A stretch of DNA of 61,867 nt, filler included, from Chthonomonadaceae bacterium (GCA_035650735.1; 4 parts of 4 records of this genome joined end to end with filler, not necessarily neighbours in it), one strand, 5' to 3'. Shown: positions 1 through 12,237, numbered from the whole stretch's first letter. The notes: generated by a model not told the origin, from the sequence alone. Program-made: numbers and translations.

Positions 1-81
1 ATCCTGGAGTTGAACCTGCCCAGTTACCGTATGGAGCAGGCGCAAAGCCAGCAGCAAGCAGCAGAAATCGCACCATCCTGA
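1..81 (+). CDS. 3' end of an unidentified CDS (partial)
   Basis: Open frame from base 1 (ILELNLPSYRMEQAQSQQQAAEIAPS) ending in TGA at 79-81. Confidence 0.45.
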   Translation: MLELNLPSYRMEQAQSQQQAAEIAPS

Positions 82-155
82 AAAAGAGGCAACGGGAAAT
101 CTAATTGTCGCCGACCAGGAAGGATATTTGTCGTTCAACACAAGGGAGAGCGTAA

Positions 156-1106
156 TTGACCCATACGATTCTCTGGATAGCTTTTGCCGTAACCATTCTG
201 TTTTTCCTCGCTCTGGATCTGGGCGTGCTCCACCGCCAGGCGCATACCGTCACCCTGCGCGAGGCGGGGCTCTGGAGCGCCCTCTGGGCGGGGCTAGCGA
301 TGGCCTTTGCCGGGGGAGTCTTCCTCTTCCGGGGACACACGGCGGGCCTGCAATTTCTCACCGGCTACGTCATCGAGCTTTCCCTTTCGGTAGATAACGT
401 CTTTCTCTTTGCCGTCATCTTCACCTATTTCCAGGTTCCCGCCAGGTACCAACACCGCGTCCTCTCCTGGGGCGTGTTCAGCGCCGTCGTCATGCGCGGT
501 ATCATGATTGCGGCGGGCGCGGCGCTCTTTCGACAGTTTGCCTGGATCATCTATGTGTTCGGCGCCTTCCTGATCCTCACCGGAATTAAGCTATTTCTCC
601 GACGCAACGAGAGGGCCGATATCAGCAAAAACCCGCTCATCCGCTGGCTGCAGCGCGCGCTGCCCTTCACCGAACGCTACGACGGCCAGAAGTTCTTCAC
701 GCAGATTGACGGCGTGCGCTACTCCACGCCGCTGCTGCTCGTGCTCACGCTTGTTGAGTCGACCGACCTGCTCTTTGCGCTTGATAGCATTCCTGCCGTC
801 TTCGCCGTCACCCGCGACCCGTTCATCGTCTTCACATCCAACATCTTCGCCATTCTCGGCCTGCGCTCGCTCTACTTCTTGCTGGCCGGCATCATGGGTC
901 TGTTTCGCTATCTTTCGGTGGGGCTATCCGCCATCCTGGTCTTCGTCGGCGTCAAGATGCTCGCCTCCGCCTGGGGCCTCCACATCCCCATTGAGGTCTC
1001 CCTGCCGGTGATCGCCGGAATTCTCGCCCTCTCCATCGGCGCCTCGCTGCTTACCGCGCACCGTGAGCGCAGCCGTGCGCTGCCCAAACCCATTGGGCAG
1101 CGATAA
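156..1106 (+). CDS. TerC/Alx family integral membrane protein
   Basis: TerC motifs ELSLSVDNVF, ESTDLLFALDSIPA and SNIFAILGLRSLYF; multiple TM segments; GGGAG upstream of the TTG start. Confidence 0.92.
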   Translation: MTHTILWIAFAVTILFFLALDLGVLHRQAHTVTLREAGLWSALWAGLAMAFAGGVFLFRGHTAGLQFLTGYVIELSLSVDNVFLFAVIFTYFQVPARYQHRVLSWGVFSAVVMRGIMIAAGAALFRQFAWIIYVFGAFLILTGIKLFLRRNERADISKNPLIRWLQRALPFTERYDGQKFFTQIDGVRYSTPLLLVLTLVESTDLLFALDSIPAVFAVTRDPFIVFTSNIFAILGLRSLYFLLAGIMGLFRYLSVGLSAILVFVGVKMLASAWGLHIPIEVSLPVIAGILALSIGASLLTAHRERSRALPKPIGQR

Positions 1107-1108
1107 TG

Positions 1109-1139
1109 AAAAGAGCCGGGCATGGAAAATGCCCAGCTC
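1109..1139 (-). terminator. Intrinsic terminator after gltD (between convergent genes)
   Basis: Stem GAGCCGGGCAT/ATGCCCAGCTC followed by TTTT on the minus strand. Confidence 0.6.
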
Positions 1140-1162
1140 AAAATTCCGCAGGACTCCGGCCT

Positions 1163-2623
<1,461 letters not shown>

Positions 2624-2646
2624 GTAATATTATTCTCTCCCCTTCA

Positions 2647-3894
2647 CTAACAGTATATGAATGCCATATGGGTAGGTCCCTTATACATATTTTCACTACT
2701 AAAAATGGCATTCTGTAGCGGCAAGGATGCTGAAGCAGTTATCAGCTGCCCAAGAGCTGGTGCGCCTAAGGCTTTTTGAAGTACACGGATAATATACAGG
2801 CGGGCTATTTTCTCAGCATCCCAAACTCGATTAGCAATCTGCTCTCTTGCGAGTTTGTCTAAGGGATCAGCGGTTCCATGCCCGATATGGCTTCGAAGAT
2901 CATATAAGTGCTTCCGTTTAACCTTTTTATAAAATATTTCGACAGGCTCCTTATCAGGAGCGAAAACGCTTGCCAAGTGGCGTTTCAATCGCTGTGTAAT
3001 AGACACAACACAATCAAAATAGGCTCTTTTGATTGCTTCTTCTGCATCTTTGTCAAGGAATTTAGCCAGTGTATCTCGGATACATCGTTCGCACTCCGCC
3101 CGTTTCTCGATTTCAGACAAAGTGCCCGTTCGTAGATTCGCTAATGGCGATGTAGCATCGTCCTGCTTCTCAATATATGTAGCAAGGGACTCAATAGCAA
3201 GTATACAACAGAGAAAATGAGGTTCTGGCTCGTTCAATCGTATACCCTGAGAAAGCCATGCCAAGCTTCGGTAAATTGCCACACGGTCTTTCTCATGGAG
3301 CGGTTCAAGGAGCTTGGCAATCGTTTCAAGGTCGCTGAGATGAGCATCTGCAACTTTGAAAGACGAAGATGGTTCTTTGAAAAACGGATATTTCGGCTCC
3401 CAGTCAAAATGGGTACGTCCGTACAAGGCGAGTAGGGAAAGTGCCTCGCCTACGTTCCTAACAGTCTGTCGAACAGTTTCAGTGTCCCATTTTAGAATAG
3501 GAACCCATCCATCGTAGATATATCTAGCCGCAGTTGCCATCCTTGAGGTAGCGTCTACAAGCGGGTCGCCTAGGGTTGATCCTTCAATCTCCGGCAAGAA
3601 ACAGGGCATAAGAACGACGTCACCCGTAAGTGTCACGGGTTTATTGAGACGGGCATTGGAGAAGGCGACAAACTCTAGGCCATCACAGCCGGTCAATTCG
3701 TGTAGATAGAACGCAGCTTTTTCAACTTTTGATAGGCCACTTTTGCTTGCGCAGGTGTACGCTCGGCGTCTTCTGTCTTCATCTACCGAAACAAGGGGTC
3801 TCCTATGACACCACTCATTGAATTTTTCTAATCTCGTTTCGTAAGTGACGACTTGGCCTGGTACTTTCCTTTCGGGCTCAATCCCCTCGTTCAT
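2647..3894 (-). CDS. HEPN (ApeA-like) domain protein, putative RNase
   Basis: C-terminal RSLAWLSQG...FLCCILAIESL...LYDLRSHIGHG contains the HEPN Rx4H motif; visibly AT-richer than the flanking genes. Confidence 0.65.
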   Translation of the reverse strand: MNEGIEPERKVPGQVVTYETRLEKFNEWCHRRPLVSVDEDRRRRAYTCASKSGLSKVEKAAFYLHELTGCDGLEFVAFSNARLNKPVTLTGDVVLMPCFLPEIEGSTLGDPLVDATSRMATAARYIYDGWVPILKWDTETVRQTVRNVGEALSLLALYGRTHFDWEPKYPFFKEPSSSFKVADAHLSDLETIAKLLEPLHEKDRVAIYRSLAWLSQGIRLNEPEPHFLCCILAIESLATYIEKQDDATSPLANLRTGTLSEIEKRAECERCIRDTLAKFLDKDAEEAIKRAYFDCVVSITQRLKRHLASVFAPDKEPVEIFYKKVKRKHLYDLRSHIGHGTADPLDKLAREQIANRVWDAEKIARLYIIRVLQKALGAPALGQLITASASLPLQNAIFSSENMYKGPTHMAFIYC

Positions 3895-4038
3895 GGCGAA
3901 AGTCCTAAACCGCAGATTTCACAGCTGTAACGCATCGGTGTCGCCTTTCGCTGTGAATATTGCAGTTTCAGCTATACCTCCTCACTTTATTGCGAGGAGA
4001 TTCGATTTTACTCCTCAGCACTTCTGCCCGCTCGCCTA

Positions 4039-4400
4039 TCATGGCAAGGCTTCTATCGTTACACTGCCGCCATCTATTGCTTCAACTTGAAACCATAAAG
4101 CAGAGACATTCCAACGAGCGTTGCATCTGACTCGTATACTAGCACGGTCTGCGGCTGCCCATCCCAAATAACTGTTCCTTTGTACGCGCTCATCTGTACC
4201 GAATTGCCGTCTCCCAATACCATAACAGTATCATATTGGTAAGTCAGCGCCAGATTGCCGATTGTCGTAGAAGACAGCGTAAGTGCCTCTGTAAACCCTG
4301 TATCCACGATGGCGCTCACATCTTCTTTTTGTCCGCTCGGACCGTATACTTCCAAAGGGATAAGAGCCTGACGGTTTGCTGTAACCTGTCCGGCAATCAT
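4039..4400 (-). CDS. Clan AA (retropepsin-like) aspartic protease, frameshifted near the C-terminus
   Basis: AIVDTGF catalytic motif and LVGMSLL motif; ORF stops at 4074 but a plausible tail VEAIDGGSVTIEALP* continues in another frame to 4039. Confidence 0.75.
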
Positions 4401-4687
4401 AGCCTCTCCATTGCAAACGGCCCACCAATACGACCGAACGCTGGATAGCCAATGCGCATAGCATAGAGAGCCGCATCTTTATGTTTAGCATGAAGGCGTT
4501 CCGACAGAGGCAGGCTATCCTCGCCGATCTCGTAATCTCCGGTTTCAACATCAATCACCAGGACTTTGCCCTTGTTGCCTGCCTCAACCTGAGCGCGTAT
4601 CTTACTTTCATATAGCTCTTTTCCGCGCCGGACAACTTCCTCCGGACTTAAACGCGCGTGTGGCATAATCGAACTCCTTAGAATCAA
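4397..4687 (-). CDS. Small hypothetical protein (DUF5678-like), overlapping the protease start
   Basis: GKVLVIDVETGDYEI...RIGYPA; its stop overlaps the protease ATG (ATGA); paralogue of 4713-4985. Confidence 0.7.
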   Translation of the reverse strand: MILRSSIMPHARLSPEEVVRRGKELYESKIRAQVEAGNKGKVLVIDVETGDYEIGEDSLPLSERLHAKHKDAALYAMRIGYPAFGRIGGPFAMERL

Positions 4688-4712
4688 GACTACCGGCTTA
4701 CCGCGCCGGGAA

Positions 4713-4985
4713 TCATCTGTTGCTGGCTCTTAAGCTGCCGCCGACCTTATAGACGGCGGGATAGCCGATCCATAGTCCGTAAAGCAGATGTCCTGGATGC
4801 TTCGCTTTCGCGCGGCGTGTTGCGGCGACCTGAGCCTCATCTAGCTCATACTCGCCCGTCTCAATATCAATGACGAGGATTTTGCCGAGGTTCTCTTCCG
4901 TCTCGACTTTTTCACGGATGCCTTTCTCGTACCACTCTTGGCCGCGCCGGGTAATCTCTTCTGCTGAGTATGTCAATTGCGCCAT
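4713..4985 (-). CDS. Small hypothetical protein (DUF5678-like), paralogue of 4397-4687
   Basis: GKILVIDIETGEYEL...IGYPA; GGAGG upstream of ATG. Confidence 0.7.
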   Translation of the reverse strand: MAQLTYSAEEITRRGQEWYEKGIREKVETEENLGKILVIDIETGEYELDEAQVAATRRAKAKHPGHLLYGLWIGYPAVYKVGGSLRASNR

Positions 4986-5005
4986 AGGAATGCCTCCTTA
5001 ACATA

Positions 5006-5257
5006 TCAGGAGGCTTTGGTGATAGACTGCGCTTTCTGCTCTTCTACCAGCCGCGCGGCCTCTTCCAGAATGTTAAGCTCTTCTAAAGCCGTGCCGACAT
5101 ACACATCTTGAGGATGCGCGCGCATCCATTCCCGCATTCGCTGTACCGCCTGTTGCAGAGAATCCAGGTCACGCTTGCTAGTCAAAGCGCGCATCTCCTT
5201 TACAAAGGTCCGGCTGGCAGCGTATTCATCTCCTGCCATCTCCGTTGTCCTCTCCAA
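5006..5257 (-). CDS. Small helical hypothetical protein
   Basis: 83-aa ORF; GGAGAGGA/GGAG SD-like sequences suggest the true start is ATG 5239. Confidence 0.55.
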   Translation of the reverse strand: MERTTEMAGDEYAASRTFVKEMRALTSKRDLDSLQQAVQRMREWMRAHPQDVYVGTALEELNILEEAARLVEEQKAQSITKAS

Positions 5258-5323
5258 CAGTATGTAACATGGGGTGAGGGAACGAACCCTTTGCGATCCC
5301 TCACCATTACGGAAGAGTGGAAG

Positions 5324-8300
5324 CTAGGCCACCGTGGCGTTGGCTTGCTGCTCGGCTTCAAGCTCGGCCTGCGCGCGGCGATACTCCAGCGAGACCACCT
5401 TGACGAACTGCGGCAGCGTCCTGTCCCAGTTTTGCAGGAGGGTCGCCGCCCGGTCGCTGCTGGTGTATTCCAGATGCTTCTCGATCAGGCCGCGCAGCAG
5501 CTCCACGTCGCGCGGCTCGCAGACCGATTCCAGAAGGGTCAGGCCGTGATTGCGGTTACAGCGCCGCTCGAAGTCGCCGTCGGGGTCCCAGACGTAGGCC
5601 ACGCCGCCGCTCATGCCCGCCGCGAAGTTGCGCCCGGTTTTGCCGAGGACGACCACCACGCCGCCCGTCATGTACTCGCAGCCGTGATCGCCCGTGCCCT
5701 CCACCACCGCCGTCGCGCCGGAGTTGCGCACCGCAAACCGCTCGCCCACCACGCCGCGCAGATAGCACTCGCCGCTCGTTGCGCCGTAGAGGAGCGTGTT
5801 GCCCGCCACGATGTTCTCCGCCGGGTCGAACGGCGACTCGCGCGGCGGGTAGACGATGATGCGCCCGCCGGAAAGGCCCTTGCCCAGATAGTCGTTGGCG
5901 TCGCCTTCCAGCGTAATCGTGATGCCTTTCGCCAGGAACGCGCCCAGGCTCTGGCCCGCCGATCCCCGGAAGTTGAGACGGATGGTATCGTCCGGCAGGC
6001 CCTGCGCGCCGTACTGCATGGCGATGCGCCCGGAGAGCATCGTGCCGACCGTGCGGTTGCGGTTGTAGATGGGCAGCTCCACCGCCACCGGCGTGCCATG
6101 CTCCAGCGCGTCCTTTGCCACCTCGATCAGATGGTAGTCCAGCGCGTTCTCCAGGCCATGATCCTGTTTGGTCACGCAGCGGATCGGCACGTCCTCCGGC
6201 ACATCGGGTTTAGTCAAGAGTGGCGTCAGGTCGAGGCCGCGCGCCTTCCAGTGGTTGATCGCGTCCTCCACGTCCAGCCTATCCACGCGCCCGACCATCT
6301 CATCCACCGTGCGGAAGCCGAGCTCCGCCATGATCTCGCGCAGCTCCTGCGCCACGAAGAAGAAGTAGTTGATCACGTTCTCCGGCTGGCCCGCGAAGCG
6401 CGCGCGCAGCACAGGGTCCTGCGTGGCGATGCCGACCGGGCAGGTGTTCAGATGGCAGACGCGCATCATGATGCAGCCCATCGAAACGAGCGGCGCGCTG
6501 GAGAAGCCGAACTCCTCCGCGCCCAGAAGCGCCGCAATCGCCACGTCCCGCCCCGTTTTAAGCTGCCCGTCGGTCTGGACGCGGATGCGCCCGCGCAGGT
6601 TGTTCTTGACGAGAACCTGCTGCGTCTCGGCCAATCCTAACTCCCAGGGCGTGCCCGCGTACTTGATGCTGGAGAGCGGCGACGCGCCCGTGCCGCCGTC
6701 ATGCCCGCTGATGAGCACGTGGTCCGCGTGCGCCTTCGAGACGCCCGCCGCGACCGTGCCCACGCCGATCTCGGCCACCAGCTTGACCGAGATGCGCGCG
6801 TTCGGGTTGACGTTCTTCAGGTCGAAGATAAGCTGCGCCAGGTCCTCGATAGAGTAGATGTCGTGGTGCGGCGGCGGCGAGATAAGCGTGACGCCCGGCG
6901 TCGTGTGGCGCACCTTCGCGATGTACCGATCTACCTTATGGCCGGGCAGCTCGCCGCCCTCGCCGGGCTTCGCGCCCTGCGCCATCTTGATCTGTAGCTC
7001 GTCCGCGTTGACCAGGTAGTGCGTCGTCACGCCGAAGCGCGCGGAGGCCACCTGCTTGATCGCGCTGCGGCGGCTGTCGCCGTTCGGGTCGGGGATGTAG
7101 CGCACCGGGTCTTCCCCGCCCTCGCCGGTGTTGCTTTTGCCGCCCAGGCGGTTCATGGCGATGGCGAGCGTCTCGTGCGCCTCCCGGCTGATGGAGCCGA
7201 GCGACATGGCCCCGGTCGCGAACCGCTTGACGATCTCTCTGGCCGGCTCCACCTCCTCAATCGGGATCGGATTGCCCGGCTTGAACTTGAGCAGTCCGCG
7301 CAGCGTCGCCAGGTGCTCGCTATGGTTATTGGCAAGCTGCGAGAACTCCTTAAACGTCTTGTAGCTGTTCTGCCGGACGGCGTGCTGGAGCTTGGCGACC
7401 GTGTCCGGGTTGTACTGATGGTACTCGCCGCCGCGCCGCCACTGGTACTGCCCGCCCGGATCGAGGTCCAAGTTCTCCGGGACCTCCCGCTTGGGGAACG
7501 CGAACGCGTGCCGGGCCAGCGCCTCTTTCTGGAGGACATCCAGCCCGACGCCCTCGATCTGCGAGGGCGTGCCGGTGAAGTACTTGTCCACCAGCGCCTT
7601 GCTCAGCCCGACGGCCTCGAATATTTGCGCGCCGCGATAGCTTTGCAGCGTCGAGATACCCATTTTGGCGAAGGTTTTGAGCAGGCCCTTGCTGATGGCC
7701 TTGATATAGTTCTTCTCCGCCTTCTCCAGCGACAGGTCTTCCGGCAAAATGCCCTGCAGCTTCATGTCCGCCAGCGTCTCGAACGCCAGGTAGGGGTTGA
7801 CCGCGCTCGCGCCGTAGCCGACGAGCAGCGCAAAGTGCATCACCTCGCGCGCCTCCCCCGACTCGACGATCAGGCCGACCTGCGTGCGCGTGCCCTCCCG
7901 CACCAGATGATGATGGACGGCGGAGGTCGCCAGCAGGCTCGGAATCGGCGCGGTGTTCTCGTCAATGCCCCGGTCGGAGAGGATGATAAAGCTGTAGCCG
8001 TCCGCCACCGCCTGCGACGCCGCCTGGCACAGATCGTTGAGGGCGCGCTCCAGGGTGTCCTCCCCGTTGTCCAGGAAGAACCACATCGGCAGCGTCTTGG
8101 CGCGGAAATCGCCCGCGCGCACGTGCCGCAGCTTCTCCAGGTCGAAGTTGGTCAGAACGGGCGATTCCAGCTTCAACTGATGGCAGTGCTTGGGCGTCTC
8201 GTCGAGCAGGTTGCCGTCGCGCCCGATGTAGTCGTCCAGCGACATGACCAGCTCCTCGCGGATCGGGTCAATCGGCGGGTTGGTGACCTGGGCGAACAGC

Positions 8301-9901
8301 TGCTTGAAGTAGTTGTAGAGCAGCTGCGGGCGGTCGGAGAGGACGGCCAGGGGCGTGTCGGTGCCCATCGAGCCGAGCGGCTGCTCGCCGCCCACCGCCA
8401 TCGGCAGCATCAGGAAGCGGATGTCTTCGAGCGTGTAGCCAAACGCCCGCTGCCGCGTCAGAATCGTCTCATGATCCGGCAGATGGACGTGGGGCGGATC
8501 GGGCAGGTACTTCAGCTCGATGCGGTTCTCCGCCACCCACTTCCGGTACGGCTGCTGCGTGCAGATGGTCCTCTTCAATTCCTCATCGCTGATGATGCGG
8601 CCCTGCTCGGTATCCACCAGGAAGACCTTGCCGGGCTGCAAGCGGCCCTTATACCGCACTCGGGCCGGGTCCACGTCCACCACGCCCGTCTCCGAGGCCA
8701 TAACCACCAGATCGTCCTCGGTGACCAGATAGCGGGCCGGGCGCAGGCCGTTGCGGTCGAGCACCGCGCCGATGCTGCGGCCATCGGTGAAGGCGATGGC
8801 CGCCGGGCCGTCCCAGGGCTCCATCAGGCAGGCATGGTACTCATAGAAGGCGCGCTTATCCGGGTCCATCTGCGAGTCGCTGCCCCAGGCTTCGGGGATG
8901 AGCATCATCATGGCGTGCGCCAGGCTCCGCCCGCCCAGCACCAGCAGCTCAAAGGCGTTGTCAATGGTGGCCGAGTCGCTGCCCGTCTCGGTGACCAGCG
9001 GCTTGATCTTGTGCACATCCTCGCCGAAGAGGTCGGACTTGAGCTGCGCCTCGCGGGCGCGCATCCAGTTGCGGTTGCCGCGCAGCGTGTTGATCTCGCC
9101 GTTGTGGGCCAGGTAGCGGTAAGGGTGCGCCAGCGGCCAGGTCGGGAAGGTGTTGGTGGAGAACCGCTGATGAACGAGCGCAATCGCGGTAACGAGGCGC
9201 GGGTCGCGTAGGTCGTGATAGAACGCGGCGATCTGGTGGGCCATCAGCAGGCCCTTGTAGACCACCGTGCGGCACGAGAGGCTGGGGATGTAGAAGTAGC
9301 CATCCTCTTGGAGATTGAGCGCCGCGACCGCGTTCTCGATCTGCTTGCGGAGGACGTAGAGCTTGCGCTCGAAGGCGCTGTCGTCGGGGGTGTTGGGGCC
9401 GCGCGCGATAAAGACCTGCCGGATGACCGGCTCGACCGTGCGGGCCACTTCGCCAATTTTGGTGTTATCTACGGGAACGTCGCGCCAGGCGAGGATGGCT
9501 TGCCCTTCGGCGGCTGCCAGGCGCTCCACCGTCTCCTCGCACAGACGCCGCTCCGCCGCGTCGCGCGGCAGGAACAGCATCCCGACGCCGTAGCGCCCGG
9601 CGGGCGGCAGCGTCACGCCCTGCGCTTCCAATTCAGCGCGGAAGAAGGCATCGGGGATCTGGAGCAGGATGCCCGCGCCGTCTCCGGTCTCCGGGTCGCA
9701 GCCGCAGGCGCCGCGATGGGCCAGATTGACCAGCACGCCGAGCGCCTTTTCGACAATGGCATGAGACTTCTCGCCCTTGATATGAGCGACAAAGCCGACG
9801 CCACAGGCGTCATGCTCAAATTGCGGGTCATACAGGCCCTCAGCCGAAGGCAGTTTTCCGGAGGGTGCGTTCACGGGTTTCACTGGTTGCGCGTCTCCCA
9901 A
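5324..9901 (-). CDS. gltB: Glutamate synthase large (alpha) subunit
   Basis: EHDACGVGF Ntn cysteine, [34 protein letters not shown] 3Fe-4S motif, C-terminal GXGXG domain. Confidence 0.98.
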   Translation of the reverse strand: MGDAQPVKPVNAPSGKLPSAEGLYDPQFEHDACGVGFVAHIKGEKSHAIVEKALGVLVNLAHRGACGCDPETGDGAGILLQIPDAFFRAELEAQGVTLPPAGRYGVGMLFLPRDAAERRLCEETVERLAAAEGQAILAWRDVPVDNTKIGEVARTVEPVIRQVFIARGPNTPDDSAFERKLYVLRKQIENAVAALNLQEDGYFYIPSLSCRTVVYKGLLMAHQIAAFYHDLRDPRLVTAIALVHQRFSTNTFPTWPLAHPYRYLAHNGEINTLRGNRNWMRAREAQLKSDLFGEDVHKIKPLVTETGSDSATIDNAFELLVLGGRSLAHAMMMLIPEAWGSDSQMDPDKRAFYEYHACLMEPWDGPAAIAFTDGRSIGAVLDRNGLRPARYLVTEDDLVVMASETGVVDVDPARVRYKGRLQPGKVFLVDTEQGRIISDEELKRTICTQQPYRKWVAENRIELKYLPDPPHVHLPDHETILTRQRAFGYTLEDIRFLMLPMAVGGEQPLGSMGTDTPLAVLSDRPQLLYNYFKQLFAQVTNPPIDPIREELVMSLDDYIGRDGNLLDETPKHCHQLKLESPVLTNFDLEKLRHVRAGDFRAKTLPMWFFLDNGEDTLERALNDLCQAASQAVADGYSFIILSDRGIDENTAPIPSLLATSAVHHHLVREGTRTQVGLIVESGEAREVMHFALLVGYGASAVNPYLAFETLADMKLQGILPEDLSLEKAEKNYIKAISKGLLKTFAKMGISTLQSYRGAQIFEAVGLSKALVDKYFTGTPSQIEGVGLDVLQKEALARHAFAFPKREVPENLDLDPGGQYQWRRGGEYHQYNPDTVAKLQHAVRQNSYKTFKEFSQLANNHSEHLATLRGLLKFKPGNPIPIEEVEPAREIVKRFATGAMSLGSISREAHETLAIAMNRLGGKSNTGEGGEDPVRYIPDPNGDSRRSAIKQVASARFGVTTHYLVNADELQIKMAQGAKPGEGGELPGHKVDRYIAKVRHTTPGVTLISPPPHHDIYSIEDLAQLIFDLKNVNPNARISVKLVAEIGVGTVAAGVSKAHADHVLISGHDGGTGASPLSSIKYAGTPWELGLAETQQVLVKNNLRGRIRVQTDGQLKTGRDVAIAALLGAEEFGFSSAPLVSMGCIMMRVCHLNTCPVGIATQDPVLRARFAGQPENVINYFFFVAQELREIMAELGFRTVDEMVGRVDRLDVEDAINHWKARGLDLTPLLTKPDVPEDVPIRCVTKQDHGLENALDYHLIEVAKDALEHGTPVAVELPIYNRNRTVGTMLSGRIAMQYGAQGLPDDTIRLNFRGSAGQSLGAFLAKGITITLEGDANDYLGKGLSGGRIIVYPPRESPFDPAENIVAGNTLLYGATSGECYLRGVVGERFAVRNSGATAVVEGTGDHGCEYMTGGVVVVLGKTGRNFAAGMSGGVAYVWDPDGDFERRCNRNHGLTLLESVCEPRDVELLRGLIEKHLEYTSSDRAATLLQNWDRTLPQFVKVVSLEYRRAQAELEAEQQANATVA

Positions 9902-10088
9902 GATTTCAAGTCAAGCGGAACAGAAAAAGCGAGCCGTTCCGCGGCAAGCAAAGGGTCATTTGCAGCCACACGGAACGAATCGCTCTGGGAGGCCCGCACA
10001 ACCGGTGAGCGGGGCAAAGGTTAGGAAGGACAAAGGCTCTTCGTATCCGGGGCTACACTCCTCTCACAACGCTGTGAAGTGGGCATAT

Positions 10089-10117
10089 ATCGTAGCACAT
10101 GAAACGGCAAAAGTCAA
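10089..10117 (-). promoter_or_regulatory. Sigma70-type promoter for gltB
   Basis: Minus strand TTGACT-17 nt-TACGAT with an extended TG; about 190 nt upstream of gltB. Confidence 0.55.
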
Positions 10118-10235
10118 CCGCAAGACACTGCTTTTTGAGCGCTTCTTACCGGTTTTGCCCGGTTTCTGATAAATCTATCTAAAGAGGCGCCTCAGCCCGT
10201 TTTAGCGGTATGTATGGGCGTGTTGGGAGCCTTAG

Positions 10236-11666
10236 TACTACAGTGGCAGGATCGCTGGTAGATGTGGAAGAAGCAGAGCATGAACACTCAAGCTCTTCCT
10301 TATCTGTACCAACAACTCGATCCGCTTCCGTCCTGGCAGCAGGCACTCGAAACGCTGGCACAACGGATCGCCAAGCACTTTGCCCGCCCGGATGCACGTC
10401 AAAGTGCGCGCGACTACTGGCAGGGTCTGCTCAGTCCCGTAGAAAGAAAGAACGGCTGGCAACTGGCCCAGCAACTGGGTTATGCCACGCCCTATAAAGT
10501 GCAACACTTGCTCGGACGCGCCGTCTGGGAGGCCGATGCCGTCCGGGATGAGCTTGTTAGCTATGTCATCGAGCACTTAGGCCACCCCGAAGGCATTCTG
10601 GTCCTCGACGAGAGTGGCTTTCTCAAGAAGGGCGACAAGTCCTGCGGGGTCGCCCGCCAATACTGGGGCACGGCAGGTCGGATTGAAAACTGCCAAATCG
10701 GCGTCTTCCTCAGCTATGCCCGTGCGAAGGGACATACCTTCTTGGATCGGCAACTCTATCTGCCCAAGGAATGGACCGACGCCCCAGCCCGCTGCCGAGA
10801 GGCGGATGTGCCGGAGGAGGTGGCCTTTGCCACCAAGCCTAAGATCGCCCGGCAGATGCTGGAACGCGCTTTTGGGGCAGGCGTTCCTTGTGGATGGGTA
10901 ACCGCCGATGCCATCTACGGCAATGACCGCAGCCTGCAACTGTGGCTCCAGCAGCGTGGGCAAGCCCATGTGCTGGCGGTCTCCGGGCAGGAGAGTGTCT
11001 GGGTCGGCTGGCAGCAGCATCGGGTCAAAGACCTGCTGCCCCAGGTTCCCCAGCAGGCTTGGCACCTGCTTTCTGCCGGAGAAGGCAGTAAAGGTCCGCG
11101 TCTCTACGCCTGGGCCAGGCGCCCGCTCAACCCCGCCCCGGGGGCCGCATGGGAACGCTGGCTGCTGGTGCGAAAGAGCCTCTCCGATCCTGAGCAGGTG
11201 AACGGCTACATCGCCTTTGCGCCAACAGGAACGCCCCTCGAGAAACTGGTGGAGGTGGCCGGAACCCGCTGGACGATTGAGTGCTGCTTCGAGGCAGCCA
11301 AGGGCGAAGTCGGACTAGATGAGTATGAAGTCCGAAGCTGGCACGGATGGCATCGGCCTATCACCTTGGCGATGCTGGCCCATGCGTTGCTGACGGTCTT
11401 GCGTGCCCAGCAAGCCGAGGGCGACCTCCAAAAGGGGCCGAAGACACCCGGCAATTCGCTGAGGACGTTCAAGCAGTCGCGCGGCCTATGGTGCGCCTGA
11501 GTGTGGCTGAGATCCGTAAGCTCCTTTCGATGGTGGCATTCCGAAGCATTTCGGAACCGCTCTATTGGTTGCATTGGTCGCTCTGGCGGCGCGTTCACCA
11601 AGCTATTGCCAGAGCCTGTCATTATCGGAGAAGGCTCAAAAGAGCTATGCATCTGCAACTGTAGTA
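10236..11666 (+). mobile_element. IS701-family insertion sequence
   Basis: Terminal IRs TACTACAGTGGCAG / CTGCAACTGTAGTA (13/14 match); TTAG direct repeats at 10232-10235 and 11667-11670; contains the transposase. Confidence 0.9.
10262..11500 (+). CDS. IS701-family DDE transposase
   Basis: LDESGFLKKG, GVARQY, ENCQIGV, ADAIYG, RWTIECCFEAAKGEVGLDEYEVRSW; the typical C-terminal WSxWRRxHQAxARxCHY lies in the -1 frame (to 11664). Confidence 0.93.
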   Translation: MWKKQSMNTQALPYLYQQLDPLPSWQQALETLAQRIAKHFARPDARQSARDYWQGLLSPVERKNGWQLAQQLGYATPYKVQHLLGRAVWEADAVRDELVSYVIEHLGHPEGILVLDESGFLKKGDKSCGVARQYWGTAGRIENCQIGVFLSYARAKGHTFLDRQLYLPKEWTDAPARCREADVPEEVAFATKPKIARQMLERAFGAGVPCGWVTADAIYGNDRSLQLWLQQRGQAHVLAVSGQESVWVGWQQHRVKDLLPQVPQQAWHLLSAGEGSKGPRLYAWARRPLNPAPGAAWERWLLVRKSLSDPEQVNGYIAFAPTGTPLEKLVEVAGTRWTIECCFEAAKGEVGLDEYEVRSWHGWHRPITLAMLAHALLTVLRAQQAEGDLQKGPKTPGNSLRTFKQSRGLWCA

Positions 11667-11723
11667 TTAGAGTACCTAACAAAACCTCGTATCGCCCTTT
11701 CTTTTGAGAGGAACAAAGGAGGT

Positions 11724-12107
11724 TTAGCTAGGCATTCTTAGTGCCGCCTGGTTGCGCGTTAGGCTCAACTCGTTTACCTGAATAAATTCATTGATGAGAA
11801 AATCAAGCGACAGAGGCGGGAAGAGCGTCGCTCCGATAGAGGGCAAATATTCGGAGGGAAGTTGGGGCACGAAGCGTTGGAAAGACCCATTTGCCAGATC
11901 GCCGAGCAGGTACGTGTAATTGGCAAGGAGCGTATTGAGGTGGGCCATGACCAGGGCCGTCCGGGGTGTTTCCGGATCATCTACAAATACCGTCCCGTCC
12001 CGGCGTCCTTCCAGAACCGAACAGATCAGCGCCAGATGACCACCGCTTTCTTTCGCATGGACGAGGGGCAAGACCTTAGGAAAGTCACTGGCTGCCAGAG
12101 GTTGCAT
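11724..12107 (-). pseudogene. Probable truncated GNAT-type acetyltransferase (N-terminal part)
   Basis: SVLEGRRDGTVFVDDPETPRTALV resembles the N-terminus of longer GNAT acetyltransferases; no acetyl-CoA-binding half follows. Confidence 0.4.
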
Positions 12108-12237
12108 TATCTACCCTTCCTTGTTAGTCATCTTACGTGTTTCCGCTCTTTTTCGTGTCTACGTTTCTTGGGCCATTATCCCTGTGAGGAGGGGAAGAGG
12201 CGTGGGCCTAGTGTGCCCGCTCCGGCCTCGGGCCGGT

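Noticed and set aside
82..155. yybP-ykoY Mn riboswitch expected before a TerC/Alx gene
   Set aside because: Intergenic region is only about 75 nt and lacks the GGGGAGUA / CGUC / GAGACC landmarks
3907..3968. Integron cassette array explanation for the glt insert
   Set aside because: Core sites do not fit RYYYAAC/GTTRRRY, there are no comparable sites between the other genes and no integrase
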